A stretch of DNA of 64,000 nucleotides from Candidatus Hadarchaeales archaeon (lineage in GTDB: Archaea; Hadarchaeota; Hadarchaeia; Hadarchaeales; WYZ-LMO6): assembly GCA_038851755.1 (NCBI GenBank), contig JAWCKR010000005.1:5819-69818 (forward strand), given 5' to 3'. Position 1 is the first letter of the stretch. Every line of letters starts with the position of its first letter. Of the stretch, positions 17,350 through 27,867 are shown piece by piece. The notes below the pieces were generated by a model. It saw nothing but the letters and a program-made list of their open reading frames with translations, made no database searches and was not told where the DNA came from. The position numbers and the translations under genes were made by a program.

Positions 17350-18654
17350 CTACTCCTCCGAGGTCCCCGCTCCCGCCTCGCTCCCCCAGCTCCTGCGCTC
17401 GATGGTGGGCCTGGCGAGGAAGATCTGCCTGGGAGGCACGTCCTCGTACACCACGGCCCCCGGCCCAATGGCGGAATCGGGACCTATCTTCACCCCCGGG
17501 TTGATCATGCAGTTCACTCCCGTCTTCACGTTGTCCGCTATGATGGTCCCCAGCTTCCTCCTCCTGGTCCCCACCCTGTTCCCCTCCACCTCCATCTCCA
17601 CCTCGGCCTCGTCAAGGCGCAGGTTGGCGATGGTGGTCCCCGCCCCCAGGTTGCACCCGCTCCCGATCACGGAGTCGCCCACGTAGGAGAGGTGGGCGAT
17701 GTGGGTGTGGTCCATCACGATGCTGTTCTTGATCTCCACCCCGTGTCCCACCCTGACGTGGTCCCCTATGTAGGTGCATGGCCTGATGTAGCAGTTGGGG
17801 CCTATGTCACAGTGCTTCCCTATGTACACAGGACCCTCGATGTAGGAACCCGACCTTATCCTCGTTCCCTCCCCCACGTACACGTTCTCCTCTATGTGCA
17901 CCCCGAACTCTATCTTCCCGTGGACCTCCCCCTTCTGCCTCCTCAGGAAGTGCTCGTTGGCCACCAGGAGGTCCCACGGTCTCCCCAGGTCCGCCCAGAA
18001 ACTCAGGGGGGAGGCGTAGATCTTCCTTCCTTCCTGGAGGAGCAGCTGCAGGGAGGTGGTGATCTCGTACTCGCCCCTCTCCGACCTCCCCGTCCTCTCT
18101 ATGGCCCTGAAGATCTCGGGGGTGAAGGTGTAGACCCCCGCGTTCACCGTCCTGACCTCCGGTGCCCTGGGCTTCTCCTCCACCCTCGCCACCTTCCCAC
18201 CCTGCAGGTACACCACCCCGTACTGGCTGGCGTCCTCCACCTCGTAGGTGGCCAGGCAACCCCCGAAGTCGGGAGAGGAAACCCTCTCGGCATGGAGGTC
18301 CAGGAGGCGCCGGATGGACCCCTCATCGGTGAGCGTGTCCCCGTTGATGACCAGGAAGTCCTCCTTTCCCACCCACTCCCTGGTGAGGGAGATGGCCTGG
18401 GCCGTCCCCAGGAGCTCCTGCTGGTGGAAGTAGGTGATCTTCAGGCCCAGGCCCGAGCCATCCCCGTACCTCTCCATGATCTGTTCCTTCCCGTAACCCA
18501 CCACCATGCCCACCTCCTGGAAGGTCCCCGCCAGGAGCTCCAGCACCCTGTCCAGCGCGGGCTTTCCCGCCACGGGTAGGAGGAACTTGGGGCGGGTGAA
18601 GGTCAGGGGACGCATCCTCTTCCCCAGCCCTGCCGCCAGGACCACCGCCTTCAT
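17350..18654 (-). CDS. glmU: bifunctional sugar-1-phosphate nucleotidylyltransferase/acetyltransferase (archaeal GlmU)
   Basis: LAAGLGKRMRPLT..PK, hexapeptide repeats, HLSYVGDS. Confidence 0.9.
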   Translation of the reverse strand: MKAVVLAAGLGKRMRPLTFTRPKFLLPVAGKPALDRVLELLAGTFQEVGMVVGYGKEQIMERYGDGSGLGLKITYFHQQELLGTAQAISLTREWVGKEDFLVINGDTLTDEGSIRRLLDLHAERVSSPDFGGCLATYEVEDASQYGVVYLQGGKVARVEEKPRAPEVRTVNAGVYTFTPEIFRAIERTGRSERGEYEITTSLQLLLQEGRKIYASPLSFWADLGRPWDLLVANEHFLRRQKGEVHGKIEFGVHIEENVYVGEGTRIRSGSYIEGPVYIGKHCDIGPNCYIRPCTYIGDHVRVGHGVEIKNSIVMDHTHIAHLSYVGDSVIGSGCNLGAGTTIANLRLDEAEVEMEVEGNRVGTRRRKLGTIIADNVKTGVNCMINPGVKIGPDSAIGPGAVVYEDVPPRQIFLARPTIERRSWGSEAGAGTSEE

Positions 18655-18679
18655 CCAACCTCCCTCTCCACCGCCCGAT

Positions 18680-20011
18680 TTATACGATGAGGGAGAGGAC
18701 CTCCCTCATCCTCCTCCTGGCCACGCCCTCCTCCCGCGCCTCGCAGGTGATCCTCAGGTAGGGCTCGGTGCCCGAGGGCCTCACCAGCACCCAGCTCCCC
18801 TCCTCGAAGGTGATCCTGAGACCGTCCACCTCCTCCGCCCCCACCACCCCGCCGAGCTTTCTGTACTCCCTCCTGAGCCTCTCCATCTTCTCCACCCTCT
18901 CCGCCGGGGAGCAGGGAAGCTTCTCCCTCAGGAGGGGATAGGAAGGCACCTCCTCCAGGAGCTCCGACAGCTTCCTCCCTCCCTCCTCCAGCATCCTGAG
19001 GACCATCACGGCGGCGAGGGGACCGTCGGGAGCCAGGTGTGCCTCCGGGAAGATCCAGGCGCCGCTGGGCTCCCCTCCGAACCTTCCCCCCACCTCCTTC
19101 AGGGCCCTGGCCACGCTCACGTCCCCCACCCTCGTCCTCACCACCTTCCCCCCCTTCCTCTCCACCCACTCCTCCACCACGCTGGAGGCGTCCACCGTGG
19201 TCACCACCTTCTCCCCCCTCCCCACCAGGTGGGAGGCCACCAGTGCCAGTAGCCTGTCGGGCTGCACGAACCTGCCCCTGTCGTCCACCACGGCGATCCT
19301 GTCGGCGTCCCCGTCGTGGGCAAAACCCAGCTCGGCCCCGCTCGATACCACCACCCTCGAGAGGCCGGAGAGACTTTCTGGCGAAGGCTCGGACCCCCTC
19401 CCCGGAAACTCACCGCTGGGGAAACCGTTGAGGGAGAGGACCTCGCACCCCCCCTCCCTCAGGAGGAAGGGGGTCACCCTGGAGGCCGCCCCGTTCCCGC
19501 AGTCCACCACCACCCTGTGCCTTTCGCGCGGAGAAAAGCGATCCAGAACCCACCGGAGGTACTCACCCACAGGGTCGCGCTCCTCCGTCCTCCCTACCCT
19601 CTTCCACTCCACCCCGCCGGCCCCCTCCATCTCCCTCTCCAGTTCCTCCTCCCTCTCGGGCGTGAAGGCCGCACCCTCTCCATCCCAGCACTTCAGGCCG
19701 TTGTACTCGGGCGGGTTGTGGGAGGCGGTGATCATCACCCCGGACCTCGCCCCCCACTTCCTGGTGGCGAAGGCCAGCACGGGGGTGGGGATCATTCCCG
19801 CCCTCACCGCCGTGCACCCTCCCGAGAGGAGCCCGGAGAGGAGGGCGCTCTCCAGCATCTCGCTCGAGGTTCTGGGATCCCTTCCCACCACCACCCTCCC
19901 CGAGTTCCCCAACAGGCTGGCCAGACCCAGACCCACCCTCATGGCCAGAGGTGGGTCCACCTCCCGGTTGGCCACGCCCCTTATGCCCGAGGTCCCGAAC
20001 AGGCGGGGCAA
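18680..20011 (-). CDS. glmM: phosphoglucosamine mutase / phosphohexomutase
   Basis: LFGTSGIRG, ITASHNP, HDGDADR, RPSGTEP. Confidence 0.9.
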   Translation of the reverse strand: MPRLFGTSGIRGVANREVDPPLAMRVGLGLASLLGNSGRVVVGRDPRTSSEMLESALLSGLLSGGCTAVRAGMIPTPVLAFATRKWGARSGVMITASHNPPEYNGLKCWDGEGAAFTPEREEELEREMEGAGGVEWKRVGRTEERDPVGEYLRWVLDRFSPRERHRVVVDCGNGAASRVTPFLLREGGCEVLSLNGFPSGEFPGRGSEPSPESLSGLSRVVVSSGAELGFAHDGDADRIAVVDDRGRFVQPDRLLALVASHLVGRGEKVVTTVDASSVVEEWVERKGGKVVRTRVGDVSVARALKEVGGRFGGEPSGAWIFPEAHLAPDGPLAAVMVLRMLEEGGRKLSELLEEVPSYPLLREKLPCSPAERVEKMERLRREYRKLGGVVGAEEVDGLRITFEEGSWVLVRPSGTEPYLRITCEAREEGVARRRMREVLSLIV

Positions 20012-20015
20012 TCTC

Positions 20016-20672
20016 TCAGACCCCGGCTCCCTCCGGGGCCGGGACTTCAGGGGCGGGGGGCTCAGCCGGTGCTGCAGGGGCCGCCTCACTCCTGGGCGGT
20101 GCCTTCATAACCTCCGTCTTCTGGACCTCCACCCTGCGTATGGGGCAGTACTTCTTGGCCACCTTGTAGATGTCGGCGGAGAGCTTGCCGAGCACGGCCT
20201 CCTGTACGAACTGGTCGAAGGTGCGCTCGGAGGCCCTGGTCGTGAGGAGGTCGGTGATCTCGGAGCGTATGGCCCGCACCTTCTCCCTGGAGATCTTCCT
20301 CACGGTCATCACCACCGAGGTGAGCTGGATCTCCCTCCCGTCCTTCGTCCTCACGGTGAGAATGTGGGTGATCTTGGTGGCCCTCCTCCTCACCTGGCTC
20401 CTCAGGAAGTGCTGCGCCAGGTCGTGACCCACGAAGTCCGTGTAGGCCTTCTCCCCGTCCACCTTCACCACCTGGAAGAAGAGCTTGAGGTAGGATTTTG
20501 AAACGTCCTGGACCAGGTCACCCAGCGAAACCTCCACCTTCCTCCCCAGCAGCTTCTCGGGCTCGGAGGCGAGGGTCTCCCCTATCCTAGTCCCCCCGAA
20601 CATAGGGGGAGCGTACAGGTCGTACCAGACCTTCTTCTTCCACACCTTCGCCTGGCTTGCTTTCTCGGGCAA
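20016..20672 (-). CDS. rps3ae: 30S ribosomal protein S3Ae (eS1)
   Basis: WKKKVWYDLYAP, LLGRKVEVSLGDL, PIRRVEVQK; start uncertain (20672 or 20687). Confidence 0.93.
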   Translation of the reverse strand: MPEKASQAKVWKKKVWYDLYAPPMFGGTRIGETLASEPEKLLGRKVEVSLGDLVQDVSKSYLKLFFQVVKVDGEKAYTDFVGHDLAQHFLRSQVRRRATKITHILTVRTKDGREIQLTSVVMTVRKISREKVRAIRSEITDLLTTRASERTFDQFVQEAVLGKLSADIYKVAKKYCPIRRVEVQKTEVMKAPPRSEAAPAAPAEPPAPEVPAPEGAGV

Positions 20673-20676
20673 AGCC

Positions 20677-22158
20677 TCACCCCCCACCTTTCTCCCCGGT
20701 GGATAAAACCCTCACGTGTGCCCTCACGGGACCAGGCCAGGAGCCTTCCTCCAGCCCGTAATGGGCCAGGAAGCCCACCGCCCACCGGGTGGTCCCAAAA
20801 CCGCAGCAACCCGTCCAGATCCTCCTCCCCCTGGCTTCCTTTATCCCGAAGGACTTGACGAACTTGTCCCCGTGCACGTTCAGGGAGGCCACCTCCAGCC
20901 AGTCCTGCTTGTAGGGCAGCCTCACCTCCAGGTCGTAGGTGGCCACCTCGGGCCCGCTCTTCTCCTTCTCCCCCTCCCTGAGGTAGAAGGGAGTGGCCAC
21001 GGTCAGCCTCCACCTCACCCCCAGCTTCCTCAGGAGGTTCTCGCTCCTCTCCCTCACTCCCTCCCTGAGCTCCACCACCTGCTCTGGGGAGCCCAGGAAC
21101 ACCAGCTCTATCCTCCTGAACTCATGGGTGCGAATCAGCCCCTCCGCCCCTCCCCCCTCCCACCTGTAGGTCCAACCGCTCCTGTCGAAGAGCTTGACGG
21201 GGAGTTCCTCCAGCCTCACCTGCCTCCCGCTGAACATCTGGTAGAAGGGCTCACACTGGGCGGGGGCCAGCACGTAAGAGGGGTTCTCCACCGCCTCCTT
21301 CAGCAGCTCGGACGCCACCCTCTTCCGCAGCTTCATCTCGGCCTTGAACCTCGAGAAGGCCTGGGGGTCCCTCGGCGGGGAGCAGACGTAGTACATCCCC
21401 TCCGGTATGCCGTCCAGGTACCCTGGCATGTTCTTCATCACCTCCAGGGAAATCAGCTTGGGGAACATGGCCTCCCTGAAGCCCAGGGGCCTCACCACCT
21501 CCTCCAGGATCAGCTCCTCCAGGGCCCTCAGCAGGGACACGAAGGGGGGACCGTAGAGCCACTGACCCCTCCCTGGGAACTCCTGGATCCAGCCCCTCTT
21601 CTCCATTTCCTCGGTGGGGTTGCCGGAAAAGATGGGCGGGGTCCCCTCCTCCTCCCTGACCGCCTCGGGTACCTGCCCTGCGGTGGGGATCACGGGCTGC
21701 TGTTCCACCAGTGAAACCAAACGATCCACCGTCCCCCTCCTGAGATCGGACTCCGAAAGCCCCCTGAGCACCAGAGACACGCGTCCCTCCTCTCTCTCCA
21801 CCTCGTAGTGGAGGCCCCGGAGCAAGTCATCCACACCCCCCGGGAGGGAGGGAAGCTCGAGGCGGTACTCCAAACCCTTTATCTCCCTAAGGCCCAGTCT
21901 GTGCCTCCCCAGCATCTCCCTCAGCACTCTGGCCAGCCTCAGGAGAGCGCTGTGCGCCCTCACGTACCTGTCGGAGACCAACAAGAGCTCCAGTTCCTCC
22001 CCCCTCACCTCCCATCCCTCCACTCTCGCGCCCTCCTTTCCGGGGGGGGCCCCCTTGCGCAGGAGCTCGGATGAGCTCTCCAGCAACCTTCCTATCTCTT
22101 CCCTGCACTCCTCCAGTCCTCCGCTGAACCTCAGCCTCGCCCTAAGCGTGAACTTCAA
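20677..22158 (-). CDS. serS: seryl-tRNA synthetase, methanogen type
   Basis: YVRAHSALLR, PAQCEPFY, FDRSGWTYRWEGGG, HEFRRIE, WTGCCGFG. Confidence 0.9.
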   Translation of the reverse strand: MKFTLRARLRFSGGLEECREEIGRLLESSSELLRKGAPPGKEGARVEGWEVRGEELELLLVSDRYVRAHSALLRLARVLREMLGRHRLGLREIKGLEYRLELPSLPGGVDDLLRGLHYEVEREEGRVSLVLRGLSESDLRRGTVDRLVSLVEQQPVIPTAGQVPEAVREEEGTPPIFSGNPTEEMEKRGWIQEFPGRGQWLYGPPFVSLLRALEELILEEVVRPLGFREAMFPKLISLEVMKNMPGYLDGIPEGMYYVCSPPRDPQAFSRFKAEMKLRKRVASELLKEAVENPSYVLAPAQCEPFYQMFSGRQVRLEELPVKLFDRSGWTYRWEGGGAEGLIRTHEFRRIELVFLGSPEQVVELREGVRERSENLLRKLGVRWRLTVATPFYLREGEKEKSGPEVATYDLEVRLPYKQDWLEVASLNVHGDKFVKSFGIKEARGRRIWTGCCGFGTTRWAVGFLAHYGLEEGSWPGPVRAHVRVLSTGEKGGG

Positions 22159-22195
22159 GCCGGTCTTCCCCTTTGTCCCTCCGGAAATAAGTATT

Positions 22196-22438
22196 TCACA
22201 GCCCGCCCAGGTCCTCCGCCACCTCCGTACAGGCGAGCAGGTCGTCCAGGGTGGCCAGCAGGGTTTCTATCCTTCCCTCCATTCTGACCACCGTCACCAC
22301 CGCCTTCCCCCTCCTCACCGTCCTGAGCTCCACACCCTTTCCTTCCACGTTGTCGGGGGAGAGGGCCCTTGCCACGGCCTCCGCCACCCTTCGCTCAGGA
22401 TAGAGGCAACGCACCCTGGCCCTGAGCTCCATCTCCAC
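22196..22438 (-). CDS. pcc1: KEOPS complex subunit Pcc1
   Basis: AEAVARALSPDN, LLATLDDLL; next to serS and rps3ae. Confidence 0.8.
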   Translation of the reverse strand: MEMELRARVRCLYPERRVAEAVARALSPDNVEGKGVELRTVRRGKAVVTVVRMEGRIETLLATLDDLLACTEVAEDLGGL

Positions 22439-22443
22439 ACCGC

Positions 22444-23385
22444 TCAGTCCCTTATTCCTGCCTCCGAAACGGAGAAGATGGTCTCCCCCTCCGGCAGGGA
22501 GGGGCTGTCCACCACCCTGGCTATGCGCTTGTTGGCCTTGCTCCTCCTCAGGTAAACCCTGGTAGTCACGGAGTGCGCCAGCACGTGACCCCCTATGGGC
22601 TTGGTGGGGTCCCCGAAGAACATGTCCGGCCTGGCCTGCACCTGGTTGGTCACCAGCACAGCCAGGTCCCTGAGTTCCGAGAGCCTGTGGAGGGTGAGGA
22701 GATGCCTGGCGAGCTTCTGCTGCCTGGCGGCCAGGGCCTCCCTCCCCACGAACTCCGCCCTGAAAAGGGAGGTGAGGGAGTCCACCACCACCAGCCTGAT
22801 GCTCTCCCTCTCCGCCAGCTCCTCAACCTTCTCGGCGAGGAGAAGCTGCTGGTCGGTGTTGTAGGCCCTGGCGAAGAAGATATTCCTCACCGCCTCGCCC
22901 GGGTCCAGCTCCAGCGCCCTTGCCATGTCCTGAACGCGCTCTGGCCTGAAGGTGTTCTCCGTGTCTATGAAGACGGCCTTGCCCTCCAGGCCCCCCTTCT
23001 CCCTAGGGAGCTGCACGTTTACACAGAGCTGGTGGGCCAGCTGGGTCTTTCCCGTCCCGAACTCCCCGAAAACCTCCGTCACGGCCTTGGTGGGTATCCC
23101 TCCCCCCAGCAGCGCATCCAGCTGCTTGCTGCCCGTGGTAATCCATCCCAGTTCCTTCCTGAGCCTCAGGACCTCGTCACCCGTGATGAACCTCCCTATG
23201 TCGGCCTTCTGCTTGGCCGCCTCTATGATCCTCTTGGCCGGAGCCTCCCCTATCTCCAGCACTTCCCTGAGCTCCTCCACCGTCGCCACGGCGATGGAGG
23301 AGAAGGTCCTGTACCCCGCCTCCTTCAACCTCTCGGCGATGGCAGGCCCCACCCCGGGGAGATCCTCCAGGTTGTCCTCTTCCAA
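22444..23385 (-). CDS. radA: DNA repair and recombination protein RadA
   Basis: LEDLPGVG Hh[27 protein letters not shown]. Confidence 0.97.
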   Translation of the reverse strand: MEEDNLEDLPGVGPAIAERLKEAGYRTFSSIAVATVEELREVLEIGEAPAKRIIEAAKQKADIGRFITGDEVLRLRKELGWITTGSKQLDALLGGGIPTKAVTEVFGEFGTGKTQLAHQLCVNVQLPREKGGLEGKAVFIDTENTFRPERVQDMARALELDPGEAVRNIFFARAYNTDQQLLLAEKVEELAERESIRLVVVDSLTSLFRAEFVGREALAARQQKLARHLLTLHRLSELRDLAVLVTNQVQARPDMFFGDPTKPIGGHVLAHSVTTRVYLRRSKANKRIARVVDSPSLPEGETIFSVSEAGIRD

Positions 23386-23399
23386 GTTCCCACCCCTCT

Positions 23400-25466
23400 T
23401 TATCCTCCCCTCACTTTAACCTTTTCCAGCAGCCGCTCCGCCTCCCTCCTGGCGTCGGGGTACTCCACGGAGGTCACCCTCAGCTCCAGCTGGTCCCTGT
23501 ACTCGTCTCTCCTGGTGGTGCCGGAGAGAATCACCTCCCTCCCCTCCAGCCCCAGCGATCTGTAGAAATCGGCAAGGTTCTGGAACTTCCTGTACTCCTC
23601 GAAGATCCTGGAGGAGCTCATGCCCACCAGCTCCTCTGCCACCCTCCCGAAGAGGACGGCCCTGATCGCCCCCGTTCCGTCATCCACGACCAGGTTCAGC
23701 ACGGCCCTGTGCTCCGGGGAGACCACCTTCCCGCACTCCTCGCACAGGAGGCTGGTGTCCACCGTGCCCAGCGTCCTGCCGCAAAGGGGACAGAGGTCGA
23801 AGATGGGTCGGCGCCTGACCACCTGCACGATGGTACCCCTCACCCTCACCTGAAGGTTGGGCTCCTGGATCTCCCCTATCTCCCTGGTCTCGGGGGTCAT
23901 GGAAAGGCGGGAAAGAACATCGGCCGGAGGAAGCTCCTCCTCCACAGCTGGGTTCACTTCCAGCTCCCCCATCCTCCCCAGGTGCAGCTCCAGCGGGGAA
24001 GACCAGGGGGTATAGGCGTTCCGCAGGAGCAACACATCCCCCACCCTGGGAACCCTCTCAGCATGGTCACCCCAGAGAAGGACCCTCACCTTGCCCGTCC
24101 TGTCCCCCAGAACCAGGCTGGCGAACCTCCCCTTCTTCCCCTCCCTCTGGAACTCCCTGACCTCTCCCGCCTCCACCACCCTGCCCACCACCTCCAGCCC
24201 GTCCATGCCCGGCTCCAGCTCCCCGATGCTCAGCCTTCGGGTCCCGAACTCCCCCACCTCCACACCTGGAGGGTTCACCTCCACCGAAGCCGCTCTCCCC
24301 ACGTGCAGCTCGGGCCTCCCGGAAGCTCCCTCCCTCGTGTACGCCCCCCTGAGGAGCACCACATCACCCTCCCTAAGCCTCTCCGCCCTCTCCACCGCCC
24401 CGTTCCAGAAGGAGACCTTCATGAGCCCCGTCTCGTCCTCCAGGAGAGCCCCCAGCACCCTGCCCACGCCCCCGTCCGGTCTCCCGAACTCCCGGACCTG
24501 GTACTTCCTCCTCACCCTGGCCGCCACCTCCACCCAGGGCATTCCGGATTCCACCTCCTCCAGCTTCAGCAGCTTTCCATCCACCTCGGGCAGCTGGGAG
24601 ACCCTCGGTGACTCGGGAGAGAGGACCACCCTGCTTCCTCCACCCACCCTGAGGTAAGGCTTCCCGGAGGGGTCCACCCTCACCTGCGCGTTCTCCAGCT
24701 TGATTACCTCACCCCTCCTGAGGTTCTTCACCAGCTCGGCTTTCTCTCCCCACAGGAAGACCTTGACCTTTCCCGTTTCGTCAAGCAGCACGAGGGAGGC
24801 GAACCTGTCGGTGGTGCCGTCGGGACGCTCGGAGGTCTTCACCTCACCCACTGCCGCCACCCTCCCCACCAGGTCCACTTCCCTGTGGCCCTCCCTCAGG
24901 TCGGAAATCCTCAGCAGGGGCTCCTCGAGCGGCGGGAACTTCCCCTCCAGGGAGGGATCCCTGACCACCTCCACGGAACTCCTGGCCGAGAGCTTCAGCT
25001 CCGGCTCTCCCCCCCTGCCCTCCTGCACGTAGGCCCCGGCGATCTTGAGCAGGTCACCCTTCTGGATCGTCCCCTCTTCCACCAGGGAGACCTTGCTGTC
25101 CCAGAGGGAGGCCCTGAGGGTACCCGTGCCGTCCTGCAGGAGGAGGGAGGCCACCCTCCCTACCGAGCCATCCCAGCGGGAGAAGCTCCTGGGCTCGTAC
25201 ACCCTGACCACCCTGGCGAGCAGGTTCACATTCGACATACCCGGCACCAGGTCCCTGAGGGTGATCTCCCTGGGCTTCAGCTTCTCTTCGGGGAGCCTCA
25301 CCCCCAGTTCGGCTGCCACCATCTTGGCCAGGCCCTCGGGGGTGGAGATGGACCCGAACTCCCTTTCCTTCTCCCTTATCCTGACCATCACCTCCTCCCG
25401 CCTCATCCCCTTCTGCCTCATTATCTCCTCCACCACTCGATCGAACCCGGTCCCCATCCCGCTCAC
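23400..25466 (-). CDS. rpa: replication protein A (multiple OB folds plus zinc finger)
   Basis: Repeated OB units (D.TG...V.LW), CPLC..CEEC, upstream of radA. Confidence 0.9.
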   Translation of the reverse strand: MSGMGTGFDRVVEEIMRQKGMRREEVMVRIREKEREFGSISTPEGLAKMVAAELGVRLPEEKLKPREITLRDLVPGMSNVNLLARVVRVYEPRSFSRWDGSVGRVASLLLQDGTGTLRASLWDSKVSLVEEGTIQKGDLLKIAGAYVQEGRGGEPELKLSARSSVEVVRDPSLEGKFPPLEEPLLRISDLREGHREVDLVGRVAAVGEVKTSERPDGTTDRFASLVLLDETGKVKVFLWGEKAELVKNLRRGEVIKLENAQVRVDPSGKPYLRVGGGSRVVLSPESPRVSQLPEVDGKLLKLEEVESGMPWVEVAARVRRKYQVREFGRPDGGVGRVLGALLEDETGLMKVSFWNGAVERAERLREGDVVLLRGAYTREGASGRPELHVGRAASVEVNPPGVEVGEFGTRRLSIGELEPGMDGLEVVGRVVEAGEVREFQREGKKGRFASLVLGDRTGKVRVLLWGDHAERVPRVGDVLLLRNAYTPWSSPLELHLGRMGELEVNPAVEEELPPADVLSRLSMTPETREIGEIQEPNLQVRVRGTIVQVVRRRPIFDLCPLCGRTLGTVDTSLLCEECGKVVSPEHRAVLNLVVDDGTGAIRAVLFGRVAEELVGMSSSRIFEEYRKFQNLADFYRSLGLEGREVILSGTTRRDEYRDQLELRVTSVEYPDARREAERLLEKVKVRGG

Positions 25467-25504
25467 CCCTACTTCACCGTGGAAGTCTTATAAAGAGAGA
25501 AAGG

Positions 25505-26770
25505 CTATCCGCGCGACTCCAGCTCGGCGAGGATCTCCCTGGCCCGGTCCATCCTTATGCATCCCTCCTCCACCATCCTCCTCGCCACCTCCTCCACCTG
25601 CTCTCCCCTGGCTCCCGCCGCCATCGCCACATTCCTGGCGTGGAGCTTCATGTGCCCGCGCTGTATGCCCTCCGCCACCAGGGCCCTCAGGGCGGCCAGG
25701 TTCTGGGCCAGACCCACCGCTGCCATCACCTCCGCCAGCTCCTTCGAGGAGCCTACCCCCAGGATCTTCCTGCAAACCCTGGCCACGGGATGAACGCCGG
25801 TGGCCCCACCCAGCACGCCCACCGCCAGGGGGAGCTCTATCCTCCCCCTCAGGTCTCCGTTCTCCTCCCTCTCCCAGGAGGTCAGGGGTTTGTAGCCCCC
25901 CAGTGCCGCGTAAGCGTGGGCCCCCGCCTCCAGCGCCCTCACGTCGTTGGAGAGGGCAAGGGCCACCGCTATGATCCCGTTCATGATCCCCTTGTTGTGG
26001 GTGGAGCAGCGAAAGGGGTCAGCTGCCGCCAGGGCATGGGCGTAAAGAATACCTTCCACCACCTCCTCTCCCCCCAGGGCCTCCTTCGGGAAGGAAGCCT
26101 CGGCCCTGGCCCTCCTGTAAACGGCCAGATTGGAGAGGATGCGGAGGTAGACTTTTCCCCCCGTGAGCTCCTCGATCAGCGGAGCCACGGCCTCGCACAT
26201 GGTATTCACCGCGTTGGCCCCCATGGCGTCCCTCACGTCGACCAGCAGATGCACCACCACCATGGGCCCCATGCTGGTATCAAGCACCCTCACCTCCACC
26301 CCTCTCGCCCCCCCTCCCGCCTTCACCAGGAGGGGGTCCTGCTCGTTGGCCTTCGCCAGGATCTTTTCCTTTTCCCCCAAAATCCTTCCCCTGGCCTTCT
26401 CAGGGTCCTTCAGCTTGCACACCTGGATCTGCCCTATCATGATGGGTTCATCGGCGCTGGCCCTGAAGCCGTACTTCATCCTGGCCATGCGGGCTGCGTT
26501 GGAGGCGGCGGCCACCACGCTTGGCTCCTCTATGGCCATGGGAACGAGGTAGTCCCTTCCGTTGATGAGGAAGTTGGTGGCTATGCCCAGCGGGAGGTGC
26601 GTGGCTCCTATCACGTTCTCTATCATCCGGTTGGCCAGATCGAGAGGGAGGGAGCCCGTGTTCCTCAGGATTTCTACCTCTTCGTCCGTCAAACCCGCGA
26701 ACTCCTTCACCAGCTTCAGCCTCTCCTCTGGAGAGATTTCGTGGAAGCCTGGTAGTCGGGAGGACCTCAA
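25505..26770 (-). CDS. mvaA: class II HMG-CoA reductase
   Basis: ENVIG, EEPSVVAA, DAMGAN, THNKGIMNG, GIQRGHMKLH. Confidence 0.93.
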   Translation of the reverse strand: MRSSRLPGFHEISPEERLKLVKEFAGLTDEEVEILRNTGSLPLDLANRMIENVIGATHLPLGIATNFLINGRDYLVPMAIEEPSVVAAASNAARMARMKYGFRASADEPIMIGQIQVCKLKDPEKARGRILGEKEKILAKANEQDPLLVKAGGGARGVEVRVLDTSMGPMVVVHLLVDVRDAMGANAVNTMCEAVAPLIEELTGGKVYLRILSNLAVYRRARAEASFPKEALGGEEVVEGILYAHALAAADPFRCSTHNKGIMNGIIAVALALSNDVRALEAGAHAYAALGGYKPLTSWEREENGDLRGRIELPLAVGVLGGATGVHPVARVCRKILGVGSSKELAEVMAAVGLAQNLAALRALVAEGIQRGHMKLHARNVAMAAGARGEQVEEVARRMVEEGCIRMDRAREILAELESRG

Positions 26771-26852
26771 GCTCTCAATCTTTCTTCCTTCTTACTGTTT
26801 ATTTAACGATACCAACCCCCAACCTTTAAATCTCCCTCCCAAAGCACAAAAC

Positions 26853-27635
26853 GTGAAGCTGGCGGTGTGTGGGAAGGGTGGGAGCGGGAAGAGCACCCTG
26901 GTGGCCCTCCTGGCCCACGAAGCCCTCTCCAGAAAGCACCGCGTGGTGGTGGTGGACTCAGACGAATCCAACCCCGGGCTCTTCAGGTTGCTGGGTTTCG
27001 AGAGACCTCCCTCCCCCCTGCTGGAGCTGGCGGGAGGAAGGAAGGGTGTGTGGGAGACTCTGGAGGGTGGAAAGGGAGTGCTGGCAAAGGAAAGTTTCGG
27101 AGTGGAGGAACTCCCACCCGAGTATGTGGGGAGGAAGGAAGGGCTTTCCCTCCTGTGCGTGGGGAAAATCACGATGGTGAGGGAAGGGTGCGCCTGCCCC
27201 CTGGGAGCGCTGGCCAGGGAAGTTCTGCGGAGGTTGAGGCTGGCGGAGGGGGAGCTGCTGCTGGCCGATTTGGAGGCTGGGGTGGAGCACCTCGGCAGGG
27301 GAGTGGAGGAAGGGGTGGACGTGGTGCTGGTGGTGGTGGACCCTTCCTTCGACTCGATCGTGCTGGCGGGCAGAACGGCGCAGATGGTGGAGAGAATGGA
27401 GAAAAGGGTTTACGCCGTGCTCAACAAGGTAAGGCAGGGAAGGATGGAGGAAAGGCTTAGGGCAGAGGTGGAGAGGAGGGGGCTGAGGGTGGCAGGAGTG
27501 ATCCACGAGGACCGAGAGCTCTTCGAATCCGAACTGGAGGGGAGGGAACTGAGAGCGGGAAAGGCCTGGGAGGAGGCCGGGAAGGTGCTGGACTTCCTGC
27601 TCGGGGTGAATGAAGATGTGTATTGCCACCGTTAA
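26853..27635 (+). CDS. CooC/AcsF-like nickel-insertion ATPase
   Basis: GKGGSGKST, DSDESNPG, EGCACP, DLEAGVEHLGRG. Confidence 0.88.
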   Translation: MKLAVCGKGGSGKSTLVALLAHEALSRKHRVVVVDSDESNPGLFRLLGFERPPSPLLELAGGRKGVWETLEGGKGVLAKESFGVEELPPEYVGRKEGLSLLCVGKITMVREGCACPLGALAREVLRRLRLAEGELLLADLEAGVEHLGRGVEEGVDVVLVVVDPSFDSIVLAGRTAQMVERMEKRVYAVLNKVRQGRMEERLRAEVERRGLRVAGVIHEDRELFESELEGRELRAGKAWEEAGKVLDFLLGVNEDVYCHR

Positions 27636-27783
27636 GTCGGGGGAGAGGGAAATCAAGGACGTGGTGCTGATAGAGGAGAGGGAGGGGGGATACGTGGTCA
27701 CCACCCTGCTGGGAGAAAGGGTGGAAATCAAGGGCAAAATTCGTAAGATAGACATGGAACAGCACTTGGTGCTCTTGGAATAG
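27616..27783 (+). CDS. CooT family nickel-binding protein (55 aa, not in ORF track)
   Basis: MCIATVKSGEREIKDVVLIEE...TLLGERVEIKGKIRKIDMEQHLVLLE; Cys2 and C-terminal His. Confidence 0.82.
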   Translation: MCIATVKSGEREIKDVVLIEEREGGYVVTTLLGERVEIKGKIRKIDMEQHLVLLE

Positions 27784-27804
27784 CTTGAGAATTCAAGAAA
27801 GTTA

Positions 27805-27832
27805 GTATTACTTTTTTGTAAAAAAGTAATCT
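27805..27832. promoter_or_regulatory. inverted-repeat operator, NikR-like
   Basis: ATTACTTTTTT-GT-AAAAAAGTAAT perfect 11-bp arms; GTATTA-N16-TAATCT, abutting TTTAAATA box. Confidence 0.6.
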
Positions 27833-27867
27833 TTAAATAGAGTGGATGATACAGTGTATCGATTCCA

